A stretch of DNA of 64,000 bases, taken from an uncultured Candidatus Saccharibacteria bacterium. GTDB taxonomy: Bacteria > Patescibacteriota > Minisyncoccia > Minisyncoccales > MHMH01. Under the pieces are notes generated by a model. The model did no database searches. It saw only the letters and a list, made by a program, of their open reading frames with translations, and was not told where the DNA came from. The translations under genes were made by a program, and so were the position numbers. This document shows, in pieces, positions 29,240 to 37,771 of the stretch (position 1 is its first letter; the number at the start of each line of letters is the position of its first letter). The stretch is from contig CAYZXA010000001.1 in NCBI GenBank assembly GCA_964482335.1, positions 24,983 to 88,982 of the forward strand, read 5' to 3'.

Positions 29240-29286
29240 GGGGGTTCTGTGTTTTTAAACTACCTTTCAGAACCCCCTTTGTGTTT
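29240..29286 (+). terminator. Rho-independent terminator
   Basis: GGGGGTTCTG...CAGAACCCCC 10-bp stem followed by TTTGTGTTT. Confidence 0.55.
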
Positions 29287-29324
29287 AGTAGTTATCATTT
29301 TGTGACGAATTAAAGGATTAGGAC

Positions 29325-29353
29325 TTGACAAAGCTGAGAAGGCATGCTATAAT
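29325..29353 (+). promoter_or_regulatory. consensus sigma-70 promoter TTGACA-N17-TATAAT
   Basis: Perfect -35 and -10 hexamers with a 17-nt spacer. Confidence 0.6.
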
Positions 29354-29459
29354 ACAGACGTAGAGAGGGTCAATAACTTTTCTATATTATAATTTCACAG
29401 ACGGCTCTCTCTTCGAGAGTCGTTTGTTAGTTTAAAAAAAATAATAAGGGGGTGCTGAG

Positions 29460-29549
29460 ATGGCATATACTGTCATAAGTGGAGTGTTCTTCCCGCTTCG
29501 AAATAGGGAAGACCTAGAAGAAGCTATCGCCTGCAAGAATGAAAAGTAG
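29460..29549 (+). CDS. possible 29-aa uORF or leader peptide
   Basis: SD AAGGGGGTG 5 nt upstream; MAYTVISGVFFPLRNREDLEEAIACKNEK. Confidence 0.2.
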   Translation: MAYTVISGVFFPLRNREDLEEAIACKNEK

Positions 29550-29559
29550 GCGAGAGCAA

Positions 29560-29603
29560 GGAGGATTTATTAAATATTATGTTAAATCCAATATAAATCC
29601 TCC
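29560..29603 (+). promoter_or_regulatory. 11-bp hairpin sequestering an SD (GGAGGATTTAT...ATAAATCCTCC) and enclosing a 5-codon mini-ORF (MLNPI)
   Basis: Perfect inverted repeat; ATG 29579 inside the loop. Confidence 0.4.
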
Positions 29604-29710
29604 GATCTCTCAAGTTCAAGATATCCATCGTGAATTTGAGAGTTGGGAAATGAACATTGAAAAATACGAATTTCGTGCCGCTCATATAAAATAGAAAGGA
29701 GGTAAGTCTA

Positions 29711-30064
29711 ATGAAAACTAGTAAGATTCTTGAAAGACTATTAGAAAGTGAACCTGGCGCTGTGGTAGTTGAGGAATGTTCCAAAAAGTTTATTCTATGG
29801 ACTCTTTCAAATTCTTTCCGGAAGGAGAGAATTCTTAAAGAGCTTAGGACAAACTTTCCTAGTTTAGAAAAACAGGATTTACTATTAAAACTAGGAACTT
29901 ATCCATTATTATCCACGGCTAATAAGTTTGTTGCAAATGCTAGATACAATTCTTCATCTTCTTCCATTCGGCAGCTTTTCTTGCTGCCCTTAGTGAAAAA
30001 GAAGATTCCTCGACCAAGACGTCTTCTAGTGCGGCAGTCAAAGAGGAGGGTGATTACAACGTAA
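29711..30064 (+). CDS. hypothetical 117-aa protein with Arg/Lys-rich C-terminus
   Basis: Strong SD AAAGGAGGT 7 nt upstream; a 13-bp hairpin spans the stop codon. Confidence 0.5.
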   Translation: MKTSKILERLLESEPGAVVVEECSKKFILWTLSNSFRKERILKELRTNFPSLEKQDLLLKLGTYPLLSTANKFVANARYNSSSSSIRQLFLLPLVKKKIPRPRRLLVRQSKRRVITT

Positions 30065-30098
30065 TCTCCCTCCTCCATTTTAAACAGATGAGGTTAGA

Positions 30099-30154
30099 GG
30101 TGCTTTCCGCTTTTCGAGGCTCTCTCGAAGCGGAGGGCACCTTTGGCCTTTTTT
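30099..30154 (+). terminator. Rho-independent terminator
   Basis: GGTGCTTTCCGC...GCGGAGGGCACC imperfect stem followed by TTTGGCCTTTTTT. Confidence 0.5.
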
Positions 30155-30170
30155 GATTGTTTGAGATTTG

Positions 30171-30199
30171 TTGCTTAAAAGCTGTTAATTGGATATAAT
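30171..30199 (+). promoter_or_regulatory. promoter TTGCTT-N17-TATAAT for alaS (short SD-less leader)
   Basis: Sequence motif only. Confidence 0.4.
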
Positions 30200-30211
30200 A
30201 TAATAATTGAA

Positions 30212-31963
30212 ATGACTTCCAAGAAACTACGGCAAGAGTTTTTAAGTTTTTTTAAGAAAAAAGGACACAAAATTGTACCCTCATCTTCACTTTTGCCGAC
30301 TGATCCTTCTGTTTTATTTACTACTGCTGGCATGCAGCAGTTCAAGGAATATTTTTTAGGCAAGAAATCTCCTTATGGTAAAAAAACAGCCTCTTGCCAA
30401 AAATGTTTCCGTACTTCTGATATTGATATAGTTGGAGATATTTCCCATCTAACTTTCCTTGAAATGCTGGGAAACTTCAGTTTCGGCGGTTACTTTAAGA
30501 AAGAAGCAATGGCATTGGCTTTAGAACTTTTAACAAAACAATACAAAATTCCAATTGGAAAGCTATGGTTTACCTATTTTAAGGGAGATAAAGAAATGCC
30601 AGAAGATGAAGAATCAAAGAAAATCTGGCAGAGTTTAGGCGTTTCTTCAAACCAAATTTCTGGTTTTTCTAGAGAGGATAATTTCTGGGGGCCGACTGGC
30701 CAAGCTGGTCCTTGCGGGCCAACCACCGAGATTCATTATGAACTGACTTCTCAACCCTGTGAAAAAGGAAAGAAATGTCTGCCCAATTGTAGTTGCGGTC
30801 GCTTTCTTGAGATTTGGAACTTGGTTTTTAATGAATATCATCAGGATAAAAATGGAAGTTTAACTTTGTTGAAGCAAAAAGGAGTTGATACTGGCATGGG
30901 TTTGGAAAGATTGGCGGCGGTCTCGCAGGGTGTGCCTTCAGTTTTTGAAACAGATTTATTCAAACCACTTTTAAAAGAGATTGAGAAAATTTCTCCAGAA
31001 CCCTACAGTCAGAATCCCAAACCTTACCGCATTATTGTTGATCATATTAAAGGTGTTGTTTTTCTAGCTGCTGAAGGCATTTTTCCATCAAATGTTGAAC
31101 AAGGTTACATTTTAAGAAGGATTTTGAGGAGGATTATAAGACTTGGCAGATTACTCAATTTTCCCAGCAACTTTTTAATTCCTTTAGCTAAAAAAGTTAT
31201 TGAAATTTATCAAGACATTTATCCAGAATTGAAGAGGCAGGAGCCCGATATATTAACCGTTATCCAGAAAGAAGAAGAAAAGTTTTCTAAGACCTTAGCT
31301 AAAGGCCTGAGGCAGTTTGAAAAGATCGCCACCTTAGGAGATATTGATGGCCAGGATGCTTTTCATCTTTTCGATACTTATGGTTTTCCTTTAGAGGTGA
31401 CAGAAGAGTTAGCTAGAGAGAAAGGTTTAAAGATTGATAAAAGAGGGTTTGAGGAAGCTTTTGAAAAACATCGGGCTGTTTCCAGGGCAGGCCGAGAGAA
31501 GAAATTTGGTGGAGTGGGCAAGGAGGCCGGCTTTGAATCAGCTAAGCTTCATACGGCCACTCATTTGCTGCATGCGGCCTTAAGGAAAGTTTTAGGTTCT
31601 CATGTTAAGCAAATGGGTTCAGATATTACTCCAGCCAGGCTTCGTTTTGATTTTTCTCATCCTTGCAAAGTGACTGAAGCTGAAATCAGAAAAGTGGAAA
31701 AAATAGTAAATCAGAAGATCAAAGATGATTTACAGGTTGAAAAGATTGAAATGAAATATGAAGAAGCCTTGGAATTTGGTGCTTTAGCTTTTTTTAAAGA
31801 GAAATATCCTCTCAAAGTAACTGTCTATTCCATTAATGACTTTTCAAAAGAAATCTGCGCTGGTCCTCACGTTAAGAGAACTTCAGAGCTTGGCCACTTT
31901 AAAATTATTAAAGAAGAAAGCTCGGGAGCAGGTGTTAGAAGAATTAGAGCAATTTTAGAATAA
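30212..31963 (+). CDS. alaS: alanine--tRNA ligase lacking the C-terminal C-Ala domain (583 aa)
   Basis: Catalytic core, editing-domain HxxxH (HTATHLLHAAL) and CAGPHV motifs; ends about 290 aa earlier than canonical AlaRS. Confidence 0.9.
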   Translation: MTSKKLRQEFLSFFKKKGHKIVPSSSLLPTDPSVLFTTAGMQQFKEYFLGKKSPYGKKTASCQKCFRTSDIDIVGDISHLTFLEMLGNFSFGGYFKKEAMALALELLTKQYKIPIGKLWFTYFKGDKEMPEDEESKKIWQSLGVSSNQISGFSREDNFWGPTGQAGPCGPTTEIHYELTSQPCEKGKKCLPNCSCGRFLEIWNLVFNEYHQDKNGSLTLLKQKGVDTGMGLERLAAVSQGVPSVFETDLFKPLLKEIEKISPEPYSQNPKPYRIIVDHIKGVVFLAAEGIFPSNVEQGYILRRILRRIIRLGRLLNFPSNFLIPLAKKVIEIYQDIYPELKRQEPDILTVIQKEEEKFSKTLAKGLRQFEKIATLGDIDGQDAFHLFDTYGFPLEVTEELAREKGLKIDKRGFEEAFEKHRAVSRAGREKKFGGVGKEAGFESAKLHTATHLLHAALRKVLGSHVKQMGSDITPARLRFDFSHPCKVTEAEIRKVEKIVNQKIKDDLQVEKIEMKYEEALEFGALAFFKEKYPLKVTVYSINDFSKEICAGPHVKRTSELGHFKIIKEESSGAGVRRIRAILE

Positions 31964-31970
31964 TAAATAT

Positions 31971-33203
31971 ATGGCAAATAAGAAAAAAGTTTTTGATGTT
32001 ATCCCGCCCAAAGAGGTAGAAATAGCTCCAGTCAAAAAACCAATCCGTCGGAGCAAGCCCCGACGCTTTGTCCCCAAAGCTCCGATTTTATCTATTGGTG
32101 CTCTCCTGCTCATAATTATTTTAAGCTATGTTTTTATTGAAGATAAAGCTACTTTAGAGATTTGGCCAGTTAAATCACAAGTACAGTTTGAAAAACAAGT
32201 AATGGTTGATATATCTCAAAATACAACGACTTCTATTCCTGGAGAAATAGTGACAAAAGAGCAATCTGCTTCTGCTAAGTTTCCCTCTACCGGCAGCAAG
32301 CTTAAAAGCGTTAAAGCTTCAGGCATAATCCGGATTTACAACGCTTACTCAACACTGTCTCAGATATTGATAGCAACAACTCGTTTTGTTTCCGATGACG
32401 GTAAGCTATTTCGTACGCCAAAAAGAGTGACTATTCCCGGAGGTCACTATGAAGGAGGCAGGTTAGTGCCTGGAGAAATTGATATTACGGTTGAAGCAGG
32501 GGAAGCGGGCGAGGAATACAATATTGGGCCTTCAACCTTTTCCATTCCTGGATTTGCCGGGACTCCAAGATACACTGCTTTTTATGCTAAGTCTTTTGAG
32601 CCGATGGTCGGTGGCATGAAGCAAGAGGTAGCCCAGGTAAGCCAGGAAGATTTGAATAAAGCTCAAGAAGCTTTAGAAGAAGAAGCTTTAACTAACTGCC
32701 AGACAGCTTTAGAAGAGTTCACGTCTTCCCAGAACTATATTCTTGTTGAAGAAGCTATAACTGGACAAATTACTCAAATTACCCCTCTAGCAGAAAAAGA
32801 TCAGGAAGTAGATAGTTTTGTCTTTCAGGTTAAAGCTCAAGTTAAAGCCTTGGTCTTTAAAAAACAGAATTTGGAAGATTTTGCCAAAAACTATATTCTT
32901 AGTCAGATTCCTCAAGAAAAAGAATTAGTTGCTGGAGCTTTGACTATTGGCTATTCGGTCAAAGATGTTGACTTAGAGGAAGGCAGAATGATTTTAGACA
33001 TTGAGATGACAAGTGAGATTTATTCAGCTATTGACGAGGTTTCCTTGAAAGAAGCAGTCAAAGATAAAAGACCAGATGAGATAAAGAGCGTTTTGGGAAG
33101 CTTCCCCGAGATTGATAAAGTTGGGGTAAGGCTCTGGCCGTTTTGGATAAACAAATCACCTGAAAATGCAGATAGAGTTAAGATTAGCTTAATCCTTGAC
33201 TAA
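31971..33203 (+). CDS. hypothetical membrane-anchored protein
   Basis: 410 aa, N-terminal TM helix, no recognisable motifs. Confidence 0.5.
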   Translation: MANKKKVFDVIPPKEVEIAPVKKPIRRSKPRRFVPKAPILSIGALLLIIILSYVFIEDKATLEIWPVKSQVQFEKQVMVDISQNTTTSIPGEIVTKEQSASAKFPSTGSKLKSVKASGIIRIYNAYSTLSQILIATTRFVSDDGKLFRTPKRVTIPGGHYEGGRLVPGEIDITVEAGEAGEEYNIGPSTFSIPGFAGTPRYTAFYAKSFEPMVGGMKQEVAQVSQEDLNKAQEALEEEALTNCQTALEEFTSSQNYILVEEAITGQITQITPLAEKDQEVDSFVFQVKAQVKALVFKKQNLEDFAKNYILSQIPQEKELVAGALTIGYSVKDVDLEEGRMILDIEMTSEIYSAIDEVSLKEAVKDKRPDEIKSVLGSFPEIDKVGVRLWPFWINKSPENADRVKISLILD

Positions 33204-33242
33204 ATTTAGCAGCCCTGGTATCATAAGTAATTGTTTAGAATA

Positions 33243-33467
33243 ATGAAGGCAAAAAAACAAAGTTTAAGCAAAAATGGAGTTGTTATTGAGGCTTTGCCCA
33301 GTACTCATTTTAAGGTTAGGTTGGATGATGGCAAGGAGATTATTGCCCATTTGGCTGGTAGATTACGTATGTTTCATATTAAGGTATTACCGGGCGACAA
33401 GGTGACGGTGGAGACAACTCCCTATGATGAAAGCAAGGGCAGAATAACATACAGGGGAAAACAATGA
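33243..33467 (+). CDS. infA: translation initiation factor IF-1
   Basis: S1-like; [31 protein letters not shown]. Confidence 0.9.
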   Translation: MKAKKQSLSKNGVVIEALPSTHFKVRLDDGKEIIAHLAGRLRMFHIKVLPGDKVTVETTPYDESKGRITYRGKQ

Positions 33468-33577
33468 AAGTTAGACCATCGGTTAAAAAAATTTGTAAAC
33501 ACTGCAAAATAGTTCGTAGAAAAGGAAAAATCTACGTCATCTGCAAAAACCCAAAACATAAACAACGTCAGGGTTAA
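33464..33577 (+). CDS. rpmJ: 50S ribosomal protein L36 (not in ORF track)
   Basis: [37 protein letters not shown]; ATGA overlap with the infA stop. Confidence 0.85.
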   Translation: MKVRPSVKKICKHCKIVRRKGKIYVICKNPKHKQRQG

Positions 33578-33586
33578 TTTTAATTT

Positions 33587-33976
33587 ATGCCAAGAATTGC
33601 TGGAGTTAACATTCCAGAAGAAAAGCAAATAGAAACTGCGCTGACCTATATCTACGGCATAGGTCGTTCTTTGAGTGGAAAAATCCTAGATCAAACCAAG
33701 ATAAATCCAGAGACCAAAGCTTCGAAGCTTTCAGCGGCCGAAGTTAACAAACTTAGAGAAATCATTGAGAAGGACTACAAAATTGAGGGAGAACTAAAAA
33801 GGGAAAGGATGATGGGTATTAAAAGGTTGAAAGACATTGGTTCTTGGCGAGGCCTGCGTCATATTAAAGGTCTGCCGGTTAGAGGTCAAAGGACTAAAAC
33901 AAACAGCAGAACAGTTAGGGGAAATGTTAGAAAAACAGTTGGTTCAGGTAGAAAGCCAGCTCCCGAACCGACTTAA
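33587..33976 (+). CDS. rpsM: 30S ribosomal protein S13
   Basis: [10 protein letters not shown]. Confidence 0.95.
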   Translation: MPRIAGVNIPEEKQIETALTYIYGIGRSLSGKILDQTKINPETKASKLSAAEVNKLREIIEKDYKIEGELKRERMMGIKRLKDIGSWRGLRHIKGLPVRGQRTKTNSRTVRGNVRKTVGSGRKPAPEPT

Positions 33977-33982
33977 TAAACT

Positions 33983-34438
33983 ATGGGTAAAAAACGGATA
34001 ATTCAAAAAACTGAAAAGGAGCTGCTTGAAGAAAGAGAAAAGGTAGAAGCATCTGTCAAAAAAGAAGTTAAAACAGAGGTGCCTTCAATTAAGGTAAAAG
34101 AAGGCAGGGTTTACGTTGCTTCTTCTTACAACAACACCATTATTACCTTGACTGATTCAAGGGGTAATGTTTTAGCCTGGACAAGTGCTGGTGCTATTGG
34201 CTTCAGAGGAACAAAGAAAGCCACTCCTTTTGCTGCGTCCAAAGTAGCAGAGACCATTTCACAGACGATTAAGAAAATGGGCATTGAAAAGGTTGCTGTT
34301 TTTATTAAAGGCATTGGCTCGGGTAGAGAATCAGCTATTAGGTCTTTAGCTGCCAGAGGTTTAGAGATTACCTCTATTACTGACGTTACGCCAGTGCCCC
34401 ATAACGGTTGCCGACCTCCTAAAGTGCGTAGAGTATAA
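33983..34438 (+). CDS. rpsK: 30S ribosomal protein S11
   Basis: Conserved uS11. Confidence 0.95.
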   Translation: MGKKRIIQKTEKELLEEREKVEASVKKEVKTEVPSIKVKEGRVYVASSYNNTIITLTDSRGNVLAWTSAGAIGFRGTKKATPFAASKVAETISQTIKKMGIEKVAVFIKGIGSGRESAIRSLAARGLEITSITDVTPVPHNGCRPPKVRRV

Positions 34439-34440
34439 TA

Positions 34441-35073
34441 ATGCAAAACAATAAATGTAAAATTTGTCGAAGACTTGGCGTTAAACTCTTTTTAAAAGGC
34501 GAGAGGTGTCTGTCGCCTAAATGTTCTTTGACTAGGAAACCTTATGCACCAGGCATGAAAAAGAGAACGAGAGGTCGTCGGGCCTTTTCCGAATATGCTA
34601 AAGAATTGAGAGAGAAACAAAAGCTTAAAAACTGGTACAATTTAAAAGAGAAGCAGTTTAGGAACTATGTCAAAGAAATTCTTAATAAAAGGAGTCACGT
34701 TGAAGACGCTTCCACTCTTTTAATTCAGAAGTTGGAGAGCCGTTTTGACAATGTTATTTTTCGTTTGGGTTTAAGCGGTTCCAGGCCCCATGCTCGCCAG
34801 ATGGTTTCTCACGGACACTTCTTGATTAATGGCAAGCCAGTTAATATTCCGGCCTATCAGCTAAAGAAAGGAGATAAAGTAAGCATAAACCTTGGTTCTC
34901 AGAAAAAGAAAGTTTTCAGTAATATAACTCCTTTGCTTAAAAAACATCAGACTCCTTCTTGGTTAAAAATTAGCCCTGAGAAATTAGAGGGAGAGGTGAT
35001 AGGCAAACCATCTTTGGAAGAATCCAGCCCTCCGGCTGAAATATCAACTATTTTCGAGTATTATTCAAGATAA
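34441..35073 (+). CDS. rpsD: 30S ribosomal protein S4 (zinc-ribbon N-terminus)
   Basis: CKICRRLG...CLSPKC; S4 domain. Confidence 0.95.
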   Translation: MQNNKCKICRRLGVKLFLKGERCLSPKCSLTRKPYAPGMKKRTRGRRAFSEYAKELREKQKLKNWYNLKEKQFRNYVKEILNKRSHVEDASTLLIQKLESRFDNVIFRLGLSGSRPHARQMVSHGHFLINGKPVNIPAYQLKKGDKVSINLGSQKKKVFSNITPLLKKHQTPSWLKISPEKLEGEVIGKPSLEESSPPAEISTIFEYYSR

Positions 35074-35099
35074 AAATAATTATTAATTTTTAAATCATT

Positions 35100-35918
35100 A
35101 TGATTCCTTTACCTTCTCAACCTAAAATCATCGAAAAAAAAGGGAACCGAGCTCTTTTTGAAATTGAAAGCCTTTATCCAGGCTATGGTGTAACTGTTGG
35201 CAATACCCTGAGAAGAGTTTTACTTTCTTCTTTAGAGGGTAGTGCTGTTACTCAAGTTAAAATTAAAGGAGCACAGCACGAGTTTTCAACTATTCCCGGA
35301 GTTCTTGAAGATGTGGTTACTATTTTACTTAATATTAAGCAGTTGAGATTCAAGCTGCATACTGAAGAACCTCAAAAAGCAAAGCTCTCTATTAAAGGAG
35401 AGAAAATCGTTAAAGGTTCTGCTTTTGATTTGTCTCCTCAGGTAGAATTAATGAATAAAGATGCTCACGTGGCTACTTTGACTTCTAGAGGAGCTCATCT
35501 GGATATAGAAATTCTTATTGAGAAGGGGTTGGGCTATGAGCCGGTTGAGACAAGAAAAAAGGGAAAGCTGGAGATTGGCAGCATTGCCTTAGATGCTATC
35601 TTTACCCCAGTCAGAAAAGTCAGCTACCGGGTGGAGAGCATGCGGGTCGGGGAAAAAACTGATTTTGACAGGTTGTTTGTTGATTTGGAAACCGATGGCA
35701 CCTTGAGTCCGGAAGAGGCGGTGAGTCGGGCTTCTGACGTTCTGGTTCAACACTTTTCTTTATTGGGTGAAAGCTTGAAAAAGAAAGAAAAAACTTTACA
35801 TGAGAAAACTCTTGTTAAAAGAGTCAAAAAGGCAAAAAAGGCAAAGAAAGTTAAGAGAGCTGAAAAAAGTACTGCTAAAAAACATGCGAAAAAGAAAAAA
35901 AGGAAGAAAATTAAGTAG
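35100..35918 (+). CDS. rpoA: DNA-directed RNA polymerase alpha subunit, N-terminal domain only, with poly-Lys tail replacing the alpha-CTD
   Basis: Alpha-NTD conserved; last ~45 aa KKKEKTLHEKTLVKRVKKAKKAKKVKRAEKSTAKKHAKKKKRKKIK. Confidence 0.9.
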   Translation: MIPLPSQPKIIEKKGNRALFEIESLYPGYGVTVGNTLRRVLLSSLEGSAVTQVKIKGAQHEFSTIPGVLEDVVTILLNIKQLRFKLHTEEPQKAKLSIKGEKIVKGSAFDLSPQVELMNKDAHVATLTSRGAHLDIEILIEKGLGYEPVETRKKGKLEIGSIALDAIFTPVRKVSYRVESMRVGEKTDFDRLFVDLETDGTLSPEEAVSRASDVLVQHFSLLGESLKKKEKTLHEKTLVKRVKKAKKAKKVKRAEKSTAKKHAKKKKRKKIK

Positions 35919-36234
35919 GAAGAGAGATCAGCGCAGGGCACTATTGAAGGCATTGTCTAGTGCTCTTCTTTTGCGAGAAAAAATCAAGACAACAGAAGCT
36001 AAAGCTAAAGAAGCTTCTAGTTATACCGAGAAGTTCATTACTATTGCCAAGAAAGGCAATTTAGCTTCCAGGAGAAGACTTTCTTGTTTTTTCTCTCCCA
36101 AAATAGTTAAGAAGCTAATGGCTGAAATTGCTCCCAGATACAAGACAAGGAAGGGTGGTTATACTAGAGTTATTAAATTGGGTCCTCGAAGGTCAGACGG
36201 AGCAAGAATGGCTTTAATCGAGTTAGTAAAATGA
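35884..36234 (+). CDS. rplQ: 50S ribosomal protein L17
   Basis: MRKRKKGRKLSRKRDQRRALLKAL; start trimmed to the internal ATG; overlaps the rpoA tail by 35 nt. Confidence 0.88.
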   Translation: MRKRKKGRKLSRKRDQRRALLKALSSALLLREKIKTTEAKAKEASSYTEKFITIAKKGNLASRRRLSCFFSPKIVKKLMAEIAPRYKTRKGGYTRVIKLGPRRSDGARMALIELVK

Positions 36235-36578
36235 AAAGACAAACTCACACCATCGATGCTCAAGACAGAGTGCTGGGCAGACTAGCTACAGAAATCGCTG
36301 TCTTATTACGAGGCAAGGGAAAACCTGATTTTCAGCCTAATCAGGATATGGGTGATTTTGTGGTTGTTAAAAATGTTGATAAGATTAAGGTTACTGGCAG
36401 AAAAATGGAGCAGAAGAAATATTACCGCCACACAGGCTACTTAGGAGGATTGAAAGAAACTCCGTTGAAGAAGGTTTTTGATAGTAGACCAGATGAGGTT
36501 TTAAAGAGAACTGTTTGGGGGATGCTGCCCAAGAATAAATTAAGGGCAGAACAGATTAAAAGGCTGAAGTGCCAATAA
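36231..36578 (+). CDS. rplM: 50S ribosomal protein L13
   Basis: Conserved uL13. Confidence 0.92.
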   Translation: MKRQTHTIDAQDRVLGRLATEIAVLLRGKGKPDFQPNQDMGDFVVVKNVDKIKVTGRKMEQKKYYRHTGYLGGLKETPLKKVFDSRPDEVLKRTVWGMLPKNKLRAEQIKRLKCQ

Positions 36579-36582
36579 ATAT

Positions 36583-37050
36583 ATGGCAGTTAAAAAAACT
36601 AAAAAGAAAACAAAACCTAAAGTAAAAGCTAAACCGAAAGCTAAACCGAAAGTTAAAGCTGAACGTTATATTGAAGCAGTTGGCAGGAGAAAAACAGCTG
36701 TGGCCCGAGTTAGGCTACAAGCTCAGGGCAAAAAAGAGTTTTTGGTCAATAACAAATCATTAGAAAGCTATTTTCCTATTTTAGAGTTGCAGCAGATTGC
36801 CAAAGAAGCTTTGGAGAAAACAAACTGCCTTGATAAGTTCAAGGTTTCAGCTAAAGTAAATGGAGGAGGTTTACATGCTCAAGCTCAAGCTTTGAGGCAC
36901 GGCATTGCCAGAGCCTTAGTAAAATTTAATTCTGAATTTCGCATGAGATTAAAAAAAACCGGTTTCTTAACACGCGATTCTCGCATGAGAGAACGTAAGA
37001 AGTTCGGTTTAAAGCGAGCTCGAAGAGCGCCTCAATGGAAAAAGAGATAA
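36583..37050 (+). CDS. rpsI: 30S ribosomal protein S9 with Lys-rich N-terminal extension
   Basis: C-terminal ...RRAPQWKKR; KPK repeats at the N-terminus. Confidence 0.92.
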   Translation: MAVKKTKKKTKPKVKAKPKAKPKVKAERYIEAVGRRKTAVARVRLQAQGKKEFLVNNKSLESYFPILELQQIAKEALEKTNCLDKFKVSAKVNGGGLHAQAQALRHGIARALVKFNSEFRMRLKKTGFLTRDSRMRERKKFGLKRARRAPQWKKR

Positions 37051-37087
37051 TGATACTTAATAAATCTTTGATCTATCTTGACCTCCG

Positions 37088-37771
37088 ATGTTAAAAGAAC
37101 TTATAGACCAACTTTATCTGAACAGGCAAAGAGATAGAGAACAGCATCATTTTTATATTACTGATGCAGGCAAGTGTAACAGGGCTGTTTTTTTTAAGTT
37201 CAAAAATGTACCTAGAAAAAAAATGGATGCTAGGATTTTAAGATTGTTTGACCACGGCGACTACATACAGATGCAGATTTTGAATTCCTTGTTTAGTTTG
37301 GGGATTGTCAGGGCCTCTGAGATCCGTATACCTCCGCAGGAGCTTATTTCTGGCAGAGCAGATGCCATAGTTACCTTGAATAACGAGCTTTATGTGGTTG
37401 ATTTCAAAAGTATGAACAGCATGATTTTTAGGAAACTAGAAGAGCCAAAGGAAGAAAATGTCAACCAGATACAGCTCTATTTGCACTACTTTAAAATCCC
37501 AAAAGGCATACTGCTTTATATGAGCAAAGACACGTCGGAGTTAAAGGATTTTGTGATTCAGTACGATCCAAAGCTTGCGCAATCTCTTATAAAAGGGTTA
37601 GAGACTCTTGATAAAAAAATCAAAGCTAATATCATTCCTGAAAGGTTAACTAATTATCCGCAAAACTGGCAATGCCAGTACTGCCAGTTCAAAGATATTT
37701 GTTCGGCAGCTGGTAAAGGAGAAGTGAAATGGCAAGCGTTTAAAGACAAGATTGAAAAGCTAAGGAAGTAG
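37088..37771 (+). CDS. Cas4-like PD-(D/E)XK nuclease (DUF83/RecB family) with C-terminal Cys cluster, lone copy
   Basis: Four Cys in the pattern C...Cx2Cx5C (CNRAV...CQYCQFKDIC), VVDFKS (D-x-K) and QLYLHYF (QxxxY) motifs. Confidence 0.6.
   Translation: MLKELIDQLYLNRQRDREQHHFYITDAGKCNRAVFFKFKNVPRKKMDARILRLFDHGDYIQMQILNSLFSLGIVRASEIRIPPQELISGRADAIVTLNNELYVVDFKSMNSMIFRKLEEPKEENVNQIQLYLHYFKIPKGILLYMSKDTSELKDFVIQYDPKLAQSLIKGLETLDKKIKANIIPERLTNYPQNWQCQYCQFKDICSAAGKGEVKWQAFKDKIEKLRK

Noticed and set aside
29524-29784. Minus-strand 86-aa ORF in the structured region upstream of alaS
   Set aside because: No RBS, overlaps the SD-hairpin leader and the 117-aa ORF start; more likely non-coding
30060-30211. 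T-box riboswitch upstream of alaS
   Set aside because: No T-box consensus (AATTAGGGTGGNACCGCG) and no specifier-loop architecture found
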